This document shows, in pieces, positions 23,503 through 37,719 of a stretch of DNA of 64,000 nt (the first letter of the stretch is position 1; each line of letters starts with the position of its first letter). The DNA comes from Octopus vulgaris (taxonomy: Eukaryota): positions 41,168,001 to 41,232,000 of the forward strand of contig OX597817.1 of NCBI GenBank assembly GCA_951406725.2, read 5' to 3'. Both the position numbers and the translations under genes were made by a program. The notes beneath the pieces were generated by a model, which worked only from the letters and a program-made list of their open reading frames with translations, had not been told where the DNA came from and ran no database searches.

Positions 23503-26500
23503 CTGTTAATAAATGGAAAGAAAATTCATTATGACAAACACATTACTCTTATACATATGTTTAGAACAGAGAGTCATTGCAAGAAGATTAAAGATAACAT
23601 TTAGTTACGTAATAGCAAAACTGGGAAGAAAAACAATATATTTTTTCAAACCATATGCAAAGTGACCAGGTTCACTTAACCTGTTGGAAATAGCTGTCAA
23701 ATCTCTCAAATTAGATGTTATTATCTTAAAAAGAGAACACATTGGATAATGTAGTCTTACTTACATTATAATCTATTAAAAAAGAAAAAGAAAAAAATGC
23801 CATTGTCTGGAACATTGAAGGCTTTCATCATGTCAATGAACTGTTTGATAAAAGTTGATCTGATCCAAGGGAAAACAAGAGCCAACAAGGAGTCTGTATG
23901 TAGCTACACAGCCAGCTAGAAATAGTAGCCAACCCCCTTCCTCATATCTCACCATTAAAAAAAAAAAGAAAGGATAAATTAGATAATGTAGTCAGGCACA
24001 GGCATGGCTGTGTGGTTAAGATGTTTACCTAGCAACCATGTGGTTTCAGTTTCAGTCCCACAATGTGACAATCTGGGCAAACATCTGCTATAGTTCCAGG
24101 CTGACCACTGCCTTGTGGGGGAACTTGGTAGACAGAAACTGTGTGGAAGCCTTTTATGCATATATATGTGTGTATGTGAGTGTGCATGTCTTTGTGTCTG
24201 TGTTTGAGACTTTGATGGGGTGATTGTTTACTCTTAAAATGACATTGTAGGGTAGGTGTGAGAGCCCAGATTTGGCCAGTTTGGAGATAAAACAGGTAAA
24301 ACATTTTAGCTGGATAGTGGCACATTGGGCCTCACAGAGGAAATGACGAAAGACCGAGACCTCTGAGATATGCTGTGACTGCGAAGACCTGACAAATGTA
24401 GCGAGTTCATGGCTCACAGGATGGCCTGCTGTGCTAACCTTGGATCGTAGAGTGACCCACTGTGCTTGAGGAGACCTATTGAGTCAAGTACGTCAACATT
24501 GTCAAAATAAAAATAAAATGGAAATTGTAGTTGAGGTGGCACGTAAAAAGCACCATCTGAACGTGGCTGATGCCAGCGTCACCTGACTGGTGTCTGTGTT
24601 GGTGACACGTAAAAAGCACCAATCGATTGTGGCCGTTGCCAGCCTCCTCTGGCCCCTGTGCTGGTGGCACGTAAAAAGCATCCACTACACTCATGGAGTG
24701 GTTGGTGTTAGGAAGGGCATCCAGCTGTAGAAACACTGCCAGATCAGACTGGAGCCTAGTGCAGCCTCCTGGCTTCCCAGACCCCGGTCGAACCATCCAA
24801 CCCATGCTAGCATGGAAAACGGATGTCAAACGATGATGATGATGACGGCTGGTTTAAATGCTAAATGGTTAAAAAAAATGCTTATAGTTGAAATGCCTTT
24901 TATCACCAGTTAGCTCATTCATGACTGACCTGGCACTAAGCATCAACATTAGCAACAAACTTTATATTTTCATTTTATGAATTACATTTATGCATACAGA
25001 AATAATAAACTTTTCAACCATCTCAGACTGTGCTAGATTCAAATAAAGACATGAAACACTAACTTAGTAAGATGTCTGTGCAAAACTCTATCACTAGACT
25101 TAGAAACGGTAAGACTTCAATTGGAAATAACATTATTTCCAGCTGAAGGACTCGGAATGTCACTGAATATGGATTAATATTTTTGATATAACGGTGTATT
25201 GCATGTAATATTGATGGTTTAATATGTAGAGTAAATAACATTCCAGTAGATCTCTGCTGATTCACAACTTTAGTGCAATGGAATAGTAAACTAAATTGAT
25301 GTCATTTGAAAAGAATCTTTACAAATGCATTTTTTTTTACATTGACATAAAAGAGGAGAAATGGAAGAGAAGGAGGCGGAGGAGATGAATGCTATAAGCT
25401 GACGTTTATGTAATTCTAAAAGAGGTTAGTAGTGGAAATGATGTCAAGTAGTTCCAACAGGGAGTCCAAACTGGACCAACAAATCAGCTTGCTAGCAAAT
25501 CAAATTTCTGCTGTATACAGAAAGAACACTTTATCGTTTTCTCTATTTTATAAAACATTCTTTTTTACATCTGTTTTTTTCATACTGGCATGGGTTGTAT
25601 CGATACTTATTTAAGGTAGTATTTAAGAGTTGAATGCACTTCCTGTTGGTAACTCATTACCCATTTTCAAATAAGGAATTATTTATTACACTGGGTTTCA
25701 AAAATGCACCATCTGCGACCATGATCGTTGCCAGAGCAGCTAACTGGCTTCTGTGCCAGTGGGATGTAGAAAGCACCATTCGAGCGTGATCATTACCAGC
25801 GTCACCTTACTAGCACTTGTGCTGGTGGGCATCCGTGCTAGTGGAGCGCTAAGAGCACCACCCAAACGCGATCGTTGCCAGAGCAGCAAACTGGATTCTG
25901 TGCCAGTTGCACATAAAAAGCACCATTCAAGTGTGATCGTTACCAGCATTGCCTTACTGGCACGTGAAAAAACATTTGAGCAAGGTTGTTGCCAGTGCCG
26001 CTGGACTGGCTCCTGTGCAGGTGGCATGTAAAAAACACCATTTGAGTGTGTGCCCGTTGCCAGTACTGCCTGACTGGCCCTCGTGCTGGTGGCACATAAA
26101 AGCAATTTGAACTCAGAATGTAACAGCAGACGAAATACTGCTAAGCATTTCGCCCGGCATGCTAACATTTCTTTCAGTTTCTGTCTCCCAAATCCACTGA
26201 AAAGGTTTTGGTCAACATAGGACTATTTGTAGAAGTCATTTGCTCAAGGTGCCATGCAATAGGACTGAACCCAAAACCATGTGGTTGGGAAGCAAAGTTC
26301 TTAACCACACAACCAATCAATATACATATTGTTTTATTGTTATATCTCTATGAACGCTCTAATTCAAAACTACTTTACAACCGTTTTTGCAAAATGAAAA
26401 AAAAAAAAAATCCATAATTAAAAAGAAAAAAACGATCAGTAGTGAATTGAACACATTAATCTGGAGTAAATTATTTACTTGTGTGTGATTAAGTTATAGA

Positions 26501-26915
26501 ATGAATTAAGTAATTAGAAGTATATAAGTGGAATTTCTACTTTGCAATCTATCTTCAGCGTAAACAAGAGCAGAAGAAAATGACATAAGTAATAGACTTG
26601 AGCAATAATAATAACACTCACTTTGACATGTGTCAGAGAGTCAGATAAAAATCAATATATCGGCCATATTTCTGTAGAAATTTAAACATAAATGAGATAG
26701 TCTACACTTTTAAAGATTTAAATGAATACAATATATACAATATTCTTTCCTCTTTTTTTTTGTGAGTATTCCTTTTATGGGAATACTGAATCGTGTTGAA
26801 AGCCTGAGTTAGCTCTGGGCAGACTACTGAGTCACATTCCAAATGTGACCACCCTGTCTTTTTTTATTTCTAAAAATTTCTTGCTCTTGATTCTGTGTAT
26901 CTTGGACTATACCTA

Positions 26916-27146
26916 TTTCTTTACTATCCACAAGGGGCTAAACACAAAGAGGACAAACAAGGACAGACAATCGGATTAAGTCGATTATATCGATCCCAGT
27001 GCGTAACTGGTATTTAATTTATCGACCCTGAAAAGACGAAAGGCAAAGTCGACCTCGGCTGAATTTGAACTCAGAACGTAATGGCAGATGAAATACTGCT
27101 AAGCATTTCGCCTGGAGTTCTAACGTTTCTGCCAGCTCGCCGCCTT
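26916..27146 (-). mobile_element. tRNA-derived SINE, family 2
   Basis: Minus strand begins ggcggcgagctggcagaaacgttag, has B-box-like gagttcaaattc and a central gtcgactttgcctttc...ggtcgataaattaa block. Near-identical copies at 29218-29442, 45494-45722, 49410-49570, 49577-49808; diverged copies at 5010-5205, 22540-22730 (+), 43040-43190 (+), 59878-60090 (+). Confidence 0.85.
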
Positions 27147-27695
27147 ATCTTGGACTGTACCATTATCTAATATGTTCTTGCTATTATAAGAGGGTACATT
27201 GTTGTTTGAGAGAAATCTGACAGTATTTCTAGCAAGCTGAACAACTATGTGGTACCAGCGAAGAACACTCTTGTTGGCTACTTAGACAAAATACTGAGTT
27301 AAAAGCAACTAGTTAAAAAAAGAAGAAGAAAATGTTAAAAAAATAATCAAACAAAAACTAAACAACCAAAAATTCAACAATTTATCGGTCCAAATTAGTA
27401 CCTTATTAGTTTGAAATGAGTGACATTCTTGAATGTAGTTGTGGTGTGACAGAAGAAGCAAGATGCCTCCCCACTGCCAAAAACAGTCAAGCACCATCAC
27501 TAATAGAGACAATACATCAAATACTAGTAGAAGTGTGAGTGTGTGTGTGGGGGGATATGAAGTATTTGTTGAGGAAGCACTGGTAAGGATGAGTCATTAA
27601 GCCTGTGCATGTATGTGTATTTTCAATTGTGAACCATCAATAAGAGATCAGGAAATTTCTGTCGGAGGATATTCACAAGCCATAAAATAAAATAA

Positions 27696-27733
<38 letters not shown>

Positions 27734-30700
27734 AAGGTCCTGTATAGCTCACTGCATAACAAATATAAATAGATGGAAAAAAAAGTAAAATTAGGTTCAA
27801 ACTAATTTGCTCAATACAACCATGAAATAAACACTGTAAATAAATAGCATGAATAAAAGGATTCTTAAGAAAAGTACCCTGTTGAGATGGGGTTGGGGGA
27901 GTGGAGAGCGCAAGAAAATGAGAGAGAGAGAGAGAGCGAGCAGGAGAAAGAGAAGATGGTTATGAGAAGAAGCTGGGGGGTATTTTAGTCAGAAATGACA
28001 CATTGACTAGATTAAAAACTGTTCATGTTAGGAAAGGCCACAAAGTTTACAAGAGTGTAAAGAATTAGGATGTAACAAGATGATAGGATGTAAGAAGATG
28101 TGTGATTGGAGAAATTGATAAATTTCCAAACTGAACTCCCATAGCTGAAGGGGTTAAGCAGAACAAAAGGGTGAAAAACTTGAAAAACAGAACAAGAATG
28201 GTTAGTTATTAAATCATTAAGAAAGGAGAAAGGAAACAAAAAAAATATATTAAATAAAAACAGTAGCTTCAAGCATTTCCTTGATTGTAAACAATGTATA
28301 ATAAACGGGATTCATTGGAAGGTGGGAGTCTGTAATTACCATTGTGGTGCTAGAAATTTCTGTTTGAAATGTATGGCCCTGGATGAAGATAGCTTTAATA
28401 CATAATGTCTGTCTGTCTGTCTCCTAATCTATCTATCTATCTATATACACATTCACATATCTATATCTATCTATCTAGTGATATCAATACACACACACAC
28501 ACACACACATTCAGAGAACCATTGTAAACATAGCAATCAATTACAAACAAGAAATAGTTATGTCAATGATGTATTAGAATCAGTCAGAAACGTGTAGACA
28601 TGTTTCTAAACTGTTGAATCAGCTCTGACCTAAAACCCATGATCAAAGACAATCCAGTTGTTACCATCATCATGTAATGTCTATTTTCCATGCTAGCATG
28701 AGCTGGACAGTTTGATAGTTGCTAACAAGGCCAGATGCAGCACCAGGTTCCATTTTCTGTCTTGGCATGGTTGCTACAGATTTCTGCGCTTCCTAATGCC
28801 AACCACTTTACAAAGTGTACTGGGTACTTTTTATGTGGCACCAGCACCAGTGCTCTCTCTATATTTCAACAGCATATCTATGAAGGTACATGGCTGAGTG
28901 ATCAGGGTGTAGCACTCATGATCATAAAATCATGGTTTCAATTTCTGGATGAGGCAGTGCATTGTACTCTTGAGCAAAACACTTCATTTCACATTGCTCC
29001 AATTGTAAATGAGTTCCAACAATAGTTGGGAAGTTAACCTTGCGATGGACCAGAATCTTGTTTGACCTCAGTACTTGACTGCTCCTTTATTTTATCAACC
29101 CAGATGAGATGAAGGGCAAAAATTGACCTCAGCCAGATTTGAATTCAGAATGTAAAGAATCAGAAGAAATAGTGCCAAAGCCTTTTGTCTGATGCTCTAC
29201 TGATTCTTATTTTATTAATTGCCCATAAGGGGCTAAACATAGAGGGGACAAACAAGGATAGACAAAGGGGATTAAGTCGATTACATCGACCCCAGTGCGT
29301 AACTGGTACTTAATTTATCAACTCCAAAAGGATGAAAGGCAAAGTCGACCTCGGCAGAATTTGAACTCAGAACGTAACGGCAGATGAAATACCGCTAAGC
29401 ATTTTGCCTGGCATGCTAACGTTTCTGCCAACTCACCGCCTTTGTTGTACTGATTCTGCTAATCCACCACCCTTATGGCAAAGTAATAATAAAACACAAC
29501 TCTGCTAGTTACATTTTCAAACAGCTTGACTTGTCCAGAGATCCTATTTATAGCTTGGTGGACAATATCATTGCGAGTTATAAAACAAAAGAAAAAAAGA
29601 CCCCTCCCCCCAAAAAAAAAACAAAGAAAAATCTCACTGCAAGAGAGTCGGAGTATATTGTTAATAATAAGATATAAATCAGTGACACATTCATTCACTG
29701 GTTTGAAGGTGAGGACTGTTATCAACTCAGCTAGAGGCAACTCTCAGCTCATATTTATCATTACTTCCAATTAAAAGATAGAGATCCTGGCTTGATTAAA
29801 CAAGTATCTAATATTCATCATCTCTTTCTCTCATTTGTCTGTGTATGTATATATGTGATGGTAAGTGAGGCAGAATGGTATAAACATATCTCTGTAATAA
29901 AGTACTGTAATTAAAAACCTTCCACCTATTGCAATGACAACTAATATTCTGTCGATTGTTCCCCATATGCAGAAAGTGGACACCATTATAATCAAATCAA
30001 TATGGTCAGAACCATAAACAATAAATTAATATGTAAGATTAGACATTATTTTAATGTAAATCTTGTATATTTTAATAATATATGACATTTATATTTCATT
30101 ATCATTAACTCCCTTACAGTGGCAATAAGTGAATACTACATTTTCGATTCTCAGTTCCAATAAATACTTTGATAGAACCACATATTTTGGTTTTTAAGTC
30201 ATCATCAAATATACACCCAGTAAAGTACATAGTGGTGGCATGTGGCTTAGTGGCTACAGTGTTGGGCTCATGATTATAAGATTGTGGTTTCGATTTCTAG
30301 ACTGGGCGATGCATTGTGTTCTTGAGCAGAAAACTTCATTTCATGTTGCTCCAATCCAGTCAGCTGGTAACAAACAATGAGTAATCTTGCAATGGACTGT
30401 TGTCCCATCCAGAGACGAGTATACACAAGAGAAACTGGGGAACCGGCCCTATGCTCTTTACAGAGTAATGTGGACTAACCAAAGTACATAATACAACCAA
30501 ATACAAGACCACCTCACAATTTTTCTTTAAATTTCTGCATTAGTCAATGGCCATTAATGAGTCACTAAAACAATAATTTTTAAAAACTGGCATGCCAGTT
30601 TTGTTTTGAAACCTTACAGTTTTATTTTGCTCTAATAAGAAAACCCACACATAATCATCAATTAATGCCTATTTTCTGTGCTGGCATGGGTTGGATGGTT

Positions 30701-32500
30701 TGACAGAAGCTGGTGAGCCAGAGGATTTCACCAAAACTCTACTGTCTGCTTTGGCATGGTTTTTCACAGCTGGATGCCCTTTCTAACACCAACTACTTAA
30801 CAGAATGGACTGGGTGCTTTATATGTAGCACCAGCAGCAGTGAGGTCACCAAGTAACTTGCAGGAGAAGGATCTCAAAACTGGAGATGAGAGGAGTGGTA
30901 TTGAGGGAGGTGGCTTTGTGCCAGGTGATGAGAAGTTAGATAGAGTATGGTAGAGAGGCAGAAAGAAGTGTCTTGCTGTAGAGGAGATACATGGCTACCC
31001 CAGTTAGAGAGAAAGAGAGAGAGAGAGAGAGTATATATTATTATTATTTATTTATCCATAAGTAAACATACAAGTAAGACAGCATGTATGTTTAAAATGG
31101 ATATAACTAAAAATTAAAAAATACATACTTCACAATGTCATGTCTTGGTGAAAGACATCTATAAATAAGAAAGTATAATAATTGAATAGGGACATTTATG
31201 AAAAATATAGTAATTAAAGAAATTTAAATAGATGTAAATTATTATTATTGCTGTAATTTTTGAGGAGGAGAAAAAAAAAAGAGATGTTATCTTCATGATT
31301 ACAGTCATCATAAGCAGCATCAGCAGAACTCCACTTTTCTATGCTGGTACTGATTGGGCAGATTGTTCAGCTTTGAGTTGATTCTTAATTGGAGTCACCA
31401 TTCCCACCTCTCCCAACGAGTCAGAGGAGCGTGTCCCGCTCGCATCTTTACCTTTTTATTTCTATGAAAACTTTCCTTTCGTGAAGTTTCTTCCAATTTA
31501 TATTCTTTTATCTTTACTTGTAATTGGTTGTTCCCAATGAATATATCCCTACTGATTTTTTTCCCCTTAAATTTATATTTATACAATCATTTAGGATCAA
31601 AAGAAAGAAAGAAAAAAAATCTGTAATTCATATCACTTTTACTGAAGCCCTTGCAATTATAACGCATAAAACTCAACACAGGCACCGAGATTAACAGCTT
31701 CAACTTCAAAACTAATAATTATTTCTAATCTTGATACAAGGCAAGCTGTTTTAGGAGAAGGAGTTTAGTTGATTACACTGACCCCAATATTTGGTTGATA
31801 CATGAGTGCTAAATATTAATGTTTAACCCTTTAGAATTCAAACTGGCCATATCTGGCCCAAATTTTATCAACTCCAAAAGGATGAAAAGCAAAAGTGACC
31901 TCAATGGAATTTGAACTCAGAAGATAATGGATCAAAAAAAATTCTGCAAGACATTTTTCTGATGTTCTAGCAATTTAGCCAGCTCAATGCTTTAACTTCC
32001 AAACTCATAATATGAGATAAATACATAAAAGAAACCTCTATACACCCAACAATTCTAAACACAAAAACTAATTTAATATTATGAAGCACTACATAATTCA
32101 TGCAAAGAAGAGAGTAATTTGCATATGAATGAATAGCAGAGAGAAATGATAAAGGTATAAATTAGATAATAGAAATTTGATTTGTTGACATGGTAAACAG
32201 CAAAATAGGAGTGAAGTTTTATAAACTTATCCTGACCATTCTAACATGTTTTAAGATTTGGTGTGCTTCATAGAGTCTTTTATAGCATCTAAAAGATGCT
32301 ATAAAAGCCCCTTTCATCACTGAAGATAGATTAACATGTTAATTACCACATGTACCACCAGTGGTTGATTGCAAACTTCATGCGACTGCTACATGTACCA
32401 CTGGTGATACATTTTCATAATTTGAGAAAATATGTTTTATTCTGTATCTTTGACATGGTTTCAGTGATATCTAACTAACACAAATGCTAAATATTAAAGT

Positions 32501-32723
32501 TTAACCCTTTAACATTTAAACCAGCCATATTTGGTCTGAATTTTCCACACATGTTTAAACTGACCAGATTCAACCTCTCATACTTACTCTGCAATGTCAT
32601 TTTAAAAATATACTAACACACCATTGAAATCTTGAAGCTACAAGATAATCTGTGATTAATTCAAAACAATGTGAATAAATAAGCAATACAGTTGACAAAG
32701 AAACCTGAATGCTAAAAGGTTAA
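32501..32723. mobile_element. TTAA-flanked piggyBac-like MITE
   Basis: ttaaccctttaacatt ... gaatgctaaaaggttaa. Same family at 21716-21893, 53611-53834 (opposite orientation) and a split copy at 24221-24872. Confidence 0.75.
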
Positions 32724-35700
32724 TTACGAAATATTGTAAAAACGCAAAAATAAATTACATTTCCTTATAATTAAACAGAATACAGTGTGACTGCGTGAAA
32801 AACATGGCATCACTGGTAAGTTCCAATAACAAGCCATGGCAGTTAATGTGCTAAAAAGGAAAAGGAAAAAAAGAGGAAATAATAAAGAAGGTTTATTTCA
32901 CTAATGATCTCTTCAAGTGAAACTAAGTCTTAAACCTCATCTAATTCAAAATAACTCCTTTTTGACCCAAGGGCAATGTGCAAAAATAGAAAAACCGAAT
33001 GAAGGCAATATTCAATATTAATGATAGTGTGAAGTGCTTCAATTATAAGATGTGGTTGATACACAATGTTTACAAAGTCAAGTATCTTTTTCCTTTGAAA
33101 GTTGCGATTATAATCTATTAATACTTAACTTTTAGCTTACTTGGTAAATTGTAGAAGATACATACATACATACACAAACATATATCTAGATATCTGGCAT
33201 GATCTCAGTGAAAGCTTGTTTAATCTGAGATAGGTGAGAAACAAGAAACAGTATGAATTCAATAGAAGCTGATCAAATTAACTTTGAAGTGACAGCAGTA
33301 TCTATGAGAAAAATTCTCAAAATGTCTTGTAGGCATGGATTTAATGAACAAACAAATTGGTTCTAAATTGAATTCAAATACCAATTTCAAGCTGGATATG
33401 AGATTTAAGATGTGATTGGTTTTCATAGCAGAGCAAAGAGATACAATTCAGCATCTCACACGTATGTACACAAACACACATACATGCATGCATGAACACA
33501 GACGCACGCCGCTTTGTCTAAAAATATAAAACCTATAATCAACAAATGGCTGCTAACCTCTAAAGCCACAACGTATTTAAAAAGAAAAATACAACTCCAT
33601 GGCAACTGCTGTAATTCATATTAGAATCTATAATATCAACCGTTAATTGACTAATTAACTACTGTAAAAACTTGAATACTGACCTCCCATAGCCAGGATT
33701 TGTAAGTAGCTGTATACAATGTCCTTAGTTCTCTATGCATGTCATTTAATTATAACTAATATTTGAACTCGATTTGCCATCGGCAATATTCAAATGTCTG
33801 TCTCTCACATCGTTTATTAGTCATCTTCATTGACAACTACTTTATGGAGAGAATAGTTTGTATCTTGCCATTGTTTTCATGGCACTGATGTGGAACTTGA
33901 GCTGTGACTTACCACCCAATAGCTCTTTCTTGATCATTCTGGTAGAATCCGAAGGTTCGTTTTATCAAGTGTTAAAACATCCAAATACATTTTAATGATG
34001 AATTGCAGAAATCATTGATGAGAATCTAATTAATGGTCTCCAATATAATCAAAGATATCTACAGCAGGATTTTATTGTTCCGCAAATAGCATCTTTCTTT
34101 GTCAGCAAATTTCTCTTCTCTTACAAATATCATTATTGTATTAACTGCCTTCACTTTTAATTCGGTTCATTATTAGATTTATTCTAGAAAGTTTGATTCA
34201 CAAGAGATTTATTTCATTTTAATATCTGACTCACTCGTCTCCTTTAAAATTTTTTAAAATAAAAACCTTTTTTTTCTTTTAACTTTGAATTAGAAGAAAA
34301 AATGTCCCTTACAAAACAACATTTTCTTGTTCTTTCTCCCTCTCCATTACCTCTTAAATAACTCTCAACAATTACGGAGGAAATTGAACGTTAATTTTTT
34401 TTTTTAAAGACACAAATGATCCCATATAAAAATATTAGCAAGAAAACATCTGACTTCATTGCTAAACAAAAATATTCTTAAAAACAAGGAAAAAAAAAAC
34501 CTATCTAAAAAGGAATTAAATGATAATTTTTACTTCTCATAAGGAAAACAGAAAACTGCCCCCACTCAAAATGATTCCTATCATTTCCTTTCACAATGTC
34601 AACATTTTCTAAATTTTCTATATGAAAATATACATAAAAAAAAGCAAGAAAAACAGAATAGTATTTGATAAAGAATTTGATGGAGTGGAGATGAGGACGG
34701 GGGGAACCCAAACCATACATTAGCTACCAGCTAAACTGAAATCACAAATGTAAGTTTCAATGAATTTAAAAGATGAAGCAAATTCTGTACTTGCACTAGT
34801 GAAAGCCATGGAAATTCTTTGAGATCATTATAAGAAGAAAATGAAGAAGTAATAGAAATACTACAAGAATAGCTATATTGTACATAGCTACACATTTTAT
34901 CTTGAAGTAGCTATGAGGAATTAATAAGTATACATAAGTATTCATAAGATATCATGAATTTGTATGAGTAATTAGAGAAATAGTTAAATGATTTAGTCTT
35001 AATGAAAATATATTCGTTACTTACATAGTAAAAAGGTAATTCTCAACACTAAAATTTAGCGGTTATTTATTGTCAGTTACTTAAAGTTAAGAGATTAATA
35101 CCTGAAATTAATTTACACCACATTGCTTCATGCCTAGTTTTAATAATGACAAACTAGAAAATGTTTTCACAGATTCAGATATGTAAGGTAACCATAAAAT
35201 GTTTACAAGTTCTTCCTCATTAAAAAAAATCTCATCATAGGAACTATCTTGCAATGAAGATAGCAAACTGACTTCTGATGTTACGGTTTGAGCCATTAAC
35301 CCGAATCTCTTTACCCTAAAATTCTAATTTACTATATTTGTAATGTATTGTAGAATAACTTTGTTTAAGGTTCATTACTCTGTAAACTACAATAACTGAA
35401 TAAGTTATGGTACATTGGTACAATAACACGTTGAATAGGTTCAGAATGCATGGTAAAAATTTTAATAACTTTAGTGTGTGTGTGTGTGTATGAGAGAGAG
35501 AGAGAGATGGAGAGAGAAAAGGGTTGAGAAGAGAACCACTTTTCTAACATACTGAACCAGAGAAGAAAATCATTTCAGGCTAAGTGGAGAGAATTGCAAT
35601 GATTTGCCTGAAAAGTACTTTAAAAACAAAAAGCATATATTTTCCAATAATTAGTTTTAAAACTACATAAAAATGATTTCCTCCTCTGCTAATAGTAAAA

Positions 35701-37320
35701 TGAGAATAGGATAATGTGAGAAAGCATGGAGTGCCCATCATCGTCATCATCATTATTATTATTACGATGATGATGATGATCATCATCAATATTCTTCCAT
35801 GTTAACATTCCTATTAAAATAGCTGAGCGAAAGTACGAAATAATTTACTAAGTGACTATACCTATAAAAATACAAAAATGGTAATTCAGTGGAGACTAAT
35901 GGCTTTTGAATTATAGCCATTTGAACTGTGGCGCTTTGCAGTATTTAATGTCTTTCAAAGTTGAACCGAAGTAAAGTTGAAAAGTTGATTTACTGAACAA
36001 GGGACATCAATGCTGGGCTAATTTGATGTTTTACTATTTACATCAATGTAAGCTACATTTCAATAAAACACCTTACACATGCACACATAAACGTAGTGGT
36101 CAGAGTATTTATTCGATGTTCAAACATGAAGAAGACTTTGCTGGCTGTTGACCTCGTATTTGTTTACAGTTCTCAGAGACACCGCATTTAATGAAATGTC
36201 AGGACTAATGTCACAGGTATACAAGATGAAAAACATCGCGTTAGCAGAGTGTCGGATTACTTCATTGAATGGCAGAAAGAAGTTTTTACAAAGGTCAAGA
36301 GGTACAAATCAATCCAGTTATCAAAGCAATCCACTATCCTCAATTAATGGAAGTTGAGGGTGGAGGAAAGGTTACAAAATGAGAAAAAGAAAAAATAGCA
36401 AAAAACCAAGCTGCTATTTAATCTTTTTAATTTAAATTGATAAACAAACTGAAATAATCTGAGGATGATATTTTGCAATTATTTAAATTGTTTTTTATTA
36501 AATTTATTTTTTCTCTACTGAACCTCCTCATTTAATTTGTCATTCATGTCTGCTCCTTTTGCATTTTAGCTTCAGGTGATTATAACTTAATTTTAGTAAT
36601 ATTTCCTTGTTGACCTGTTCATTCCAACTAAAAATTATTGAAGAAAGAAAGAAGTTAATTGCATCAACAAAACATGTCTATTTTAGAGCTTCTAGATATC
36701 CACAGGAATAACTTTATATATTTTCAAACATTTTCTCTCAGTACTGTTCCTCAATTTTTCCATCATTTGAGATGACATTCATGAAAATCCAACCAAATAC
36801 AGTCAAATAAATTCCACATATGCTGTATGTAAAAAATACATGATGCAAAAAGAACTTCTTTCATCTTATTTAAATCTGTTTATCCATAACAGCATGAGGT
36901 AGGTATTGAGTTATCTGAAGCAGAATTTTATGTGTGGGTGCCCTTCCTGTTGCCAATCCTGTCTGTGTTTTAGGTAAAGGATTTTTGTATTTCACAGGTC
37001 TTCGAAAGTGCAGAGCCACTGATTTGTCACCTATGAATGTCAGCATAAGCATTGTTTTCCTTACACAATAATATGTGAAATATCAGCATACACTCATGCA
37101 TGTCCATGTATGCGCATGCATGCACGTGCACACACGCATGCACAAAATAGAAACTGGGACATAGTAATCTGTAACTTGATTCAATAAAGTGTTTGCTGAT
37201 GATCCATTGTGGTCAAGCATTTGGAACTCCTCTTCTAGAGCTCCAAAGAACTATAAATGGTGGAATACATAGAAACTACTATATAAACTTGTGTTTAACT
37301 TTATTTCTCATATTTTTTTT

Positions 37321-37522
37321 TACTCGTTTCAGTCATTTGACCACGGCCATGCTGGAGCACTGCCTTTACTCAAGCAAATCGACCCCAGGACTTATTCTTT
37401 GTAAGCCTAGTACTTATTCTATCGGTCTCTTTTGCTGAACTGCTAAGTTACGGGGATGTAAACACACCAGCATAGGTTGTCAAGCGATGTTTGGAGACAA
37501 AGACACACAAAAATATACACAC

Positions 37523-37557
<35 letters not shown>

Positions 37558-37719
37558 ACAGGCTTCTTTCAGTTTCCGTCTACCAAATCCACTCACAAGG
37601 CTTTGGTCAGCCTGAGGCTATAGTAGAAGACACTTGCCCAAGGTGCCACACAGTGGGAATGAACCAGGAACCATGTGATTGGTAAGCAAGCTACTTACCA
37701 CATAGCCACTCCTGTGCCT
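37321..37719 (-). mobile_element. tRNA-derived SINE, family 3, with internal CA/TA microsatellite
   Basis: Minus strand: ggcacaggagtggctatgtggtaagtagcttgc...ggttcattcccactgtgtggcaccttgggcaagtgtc. Copies at 8577-8917, 21121-21416, 40650-40980, 40985-41958 (interrupted), 54836-55178. Confidence 0.85.
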
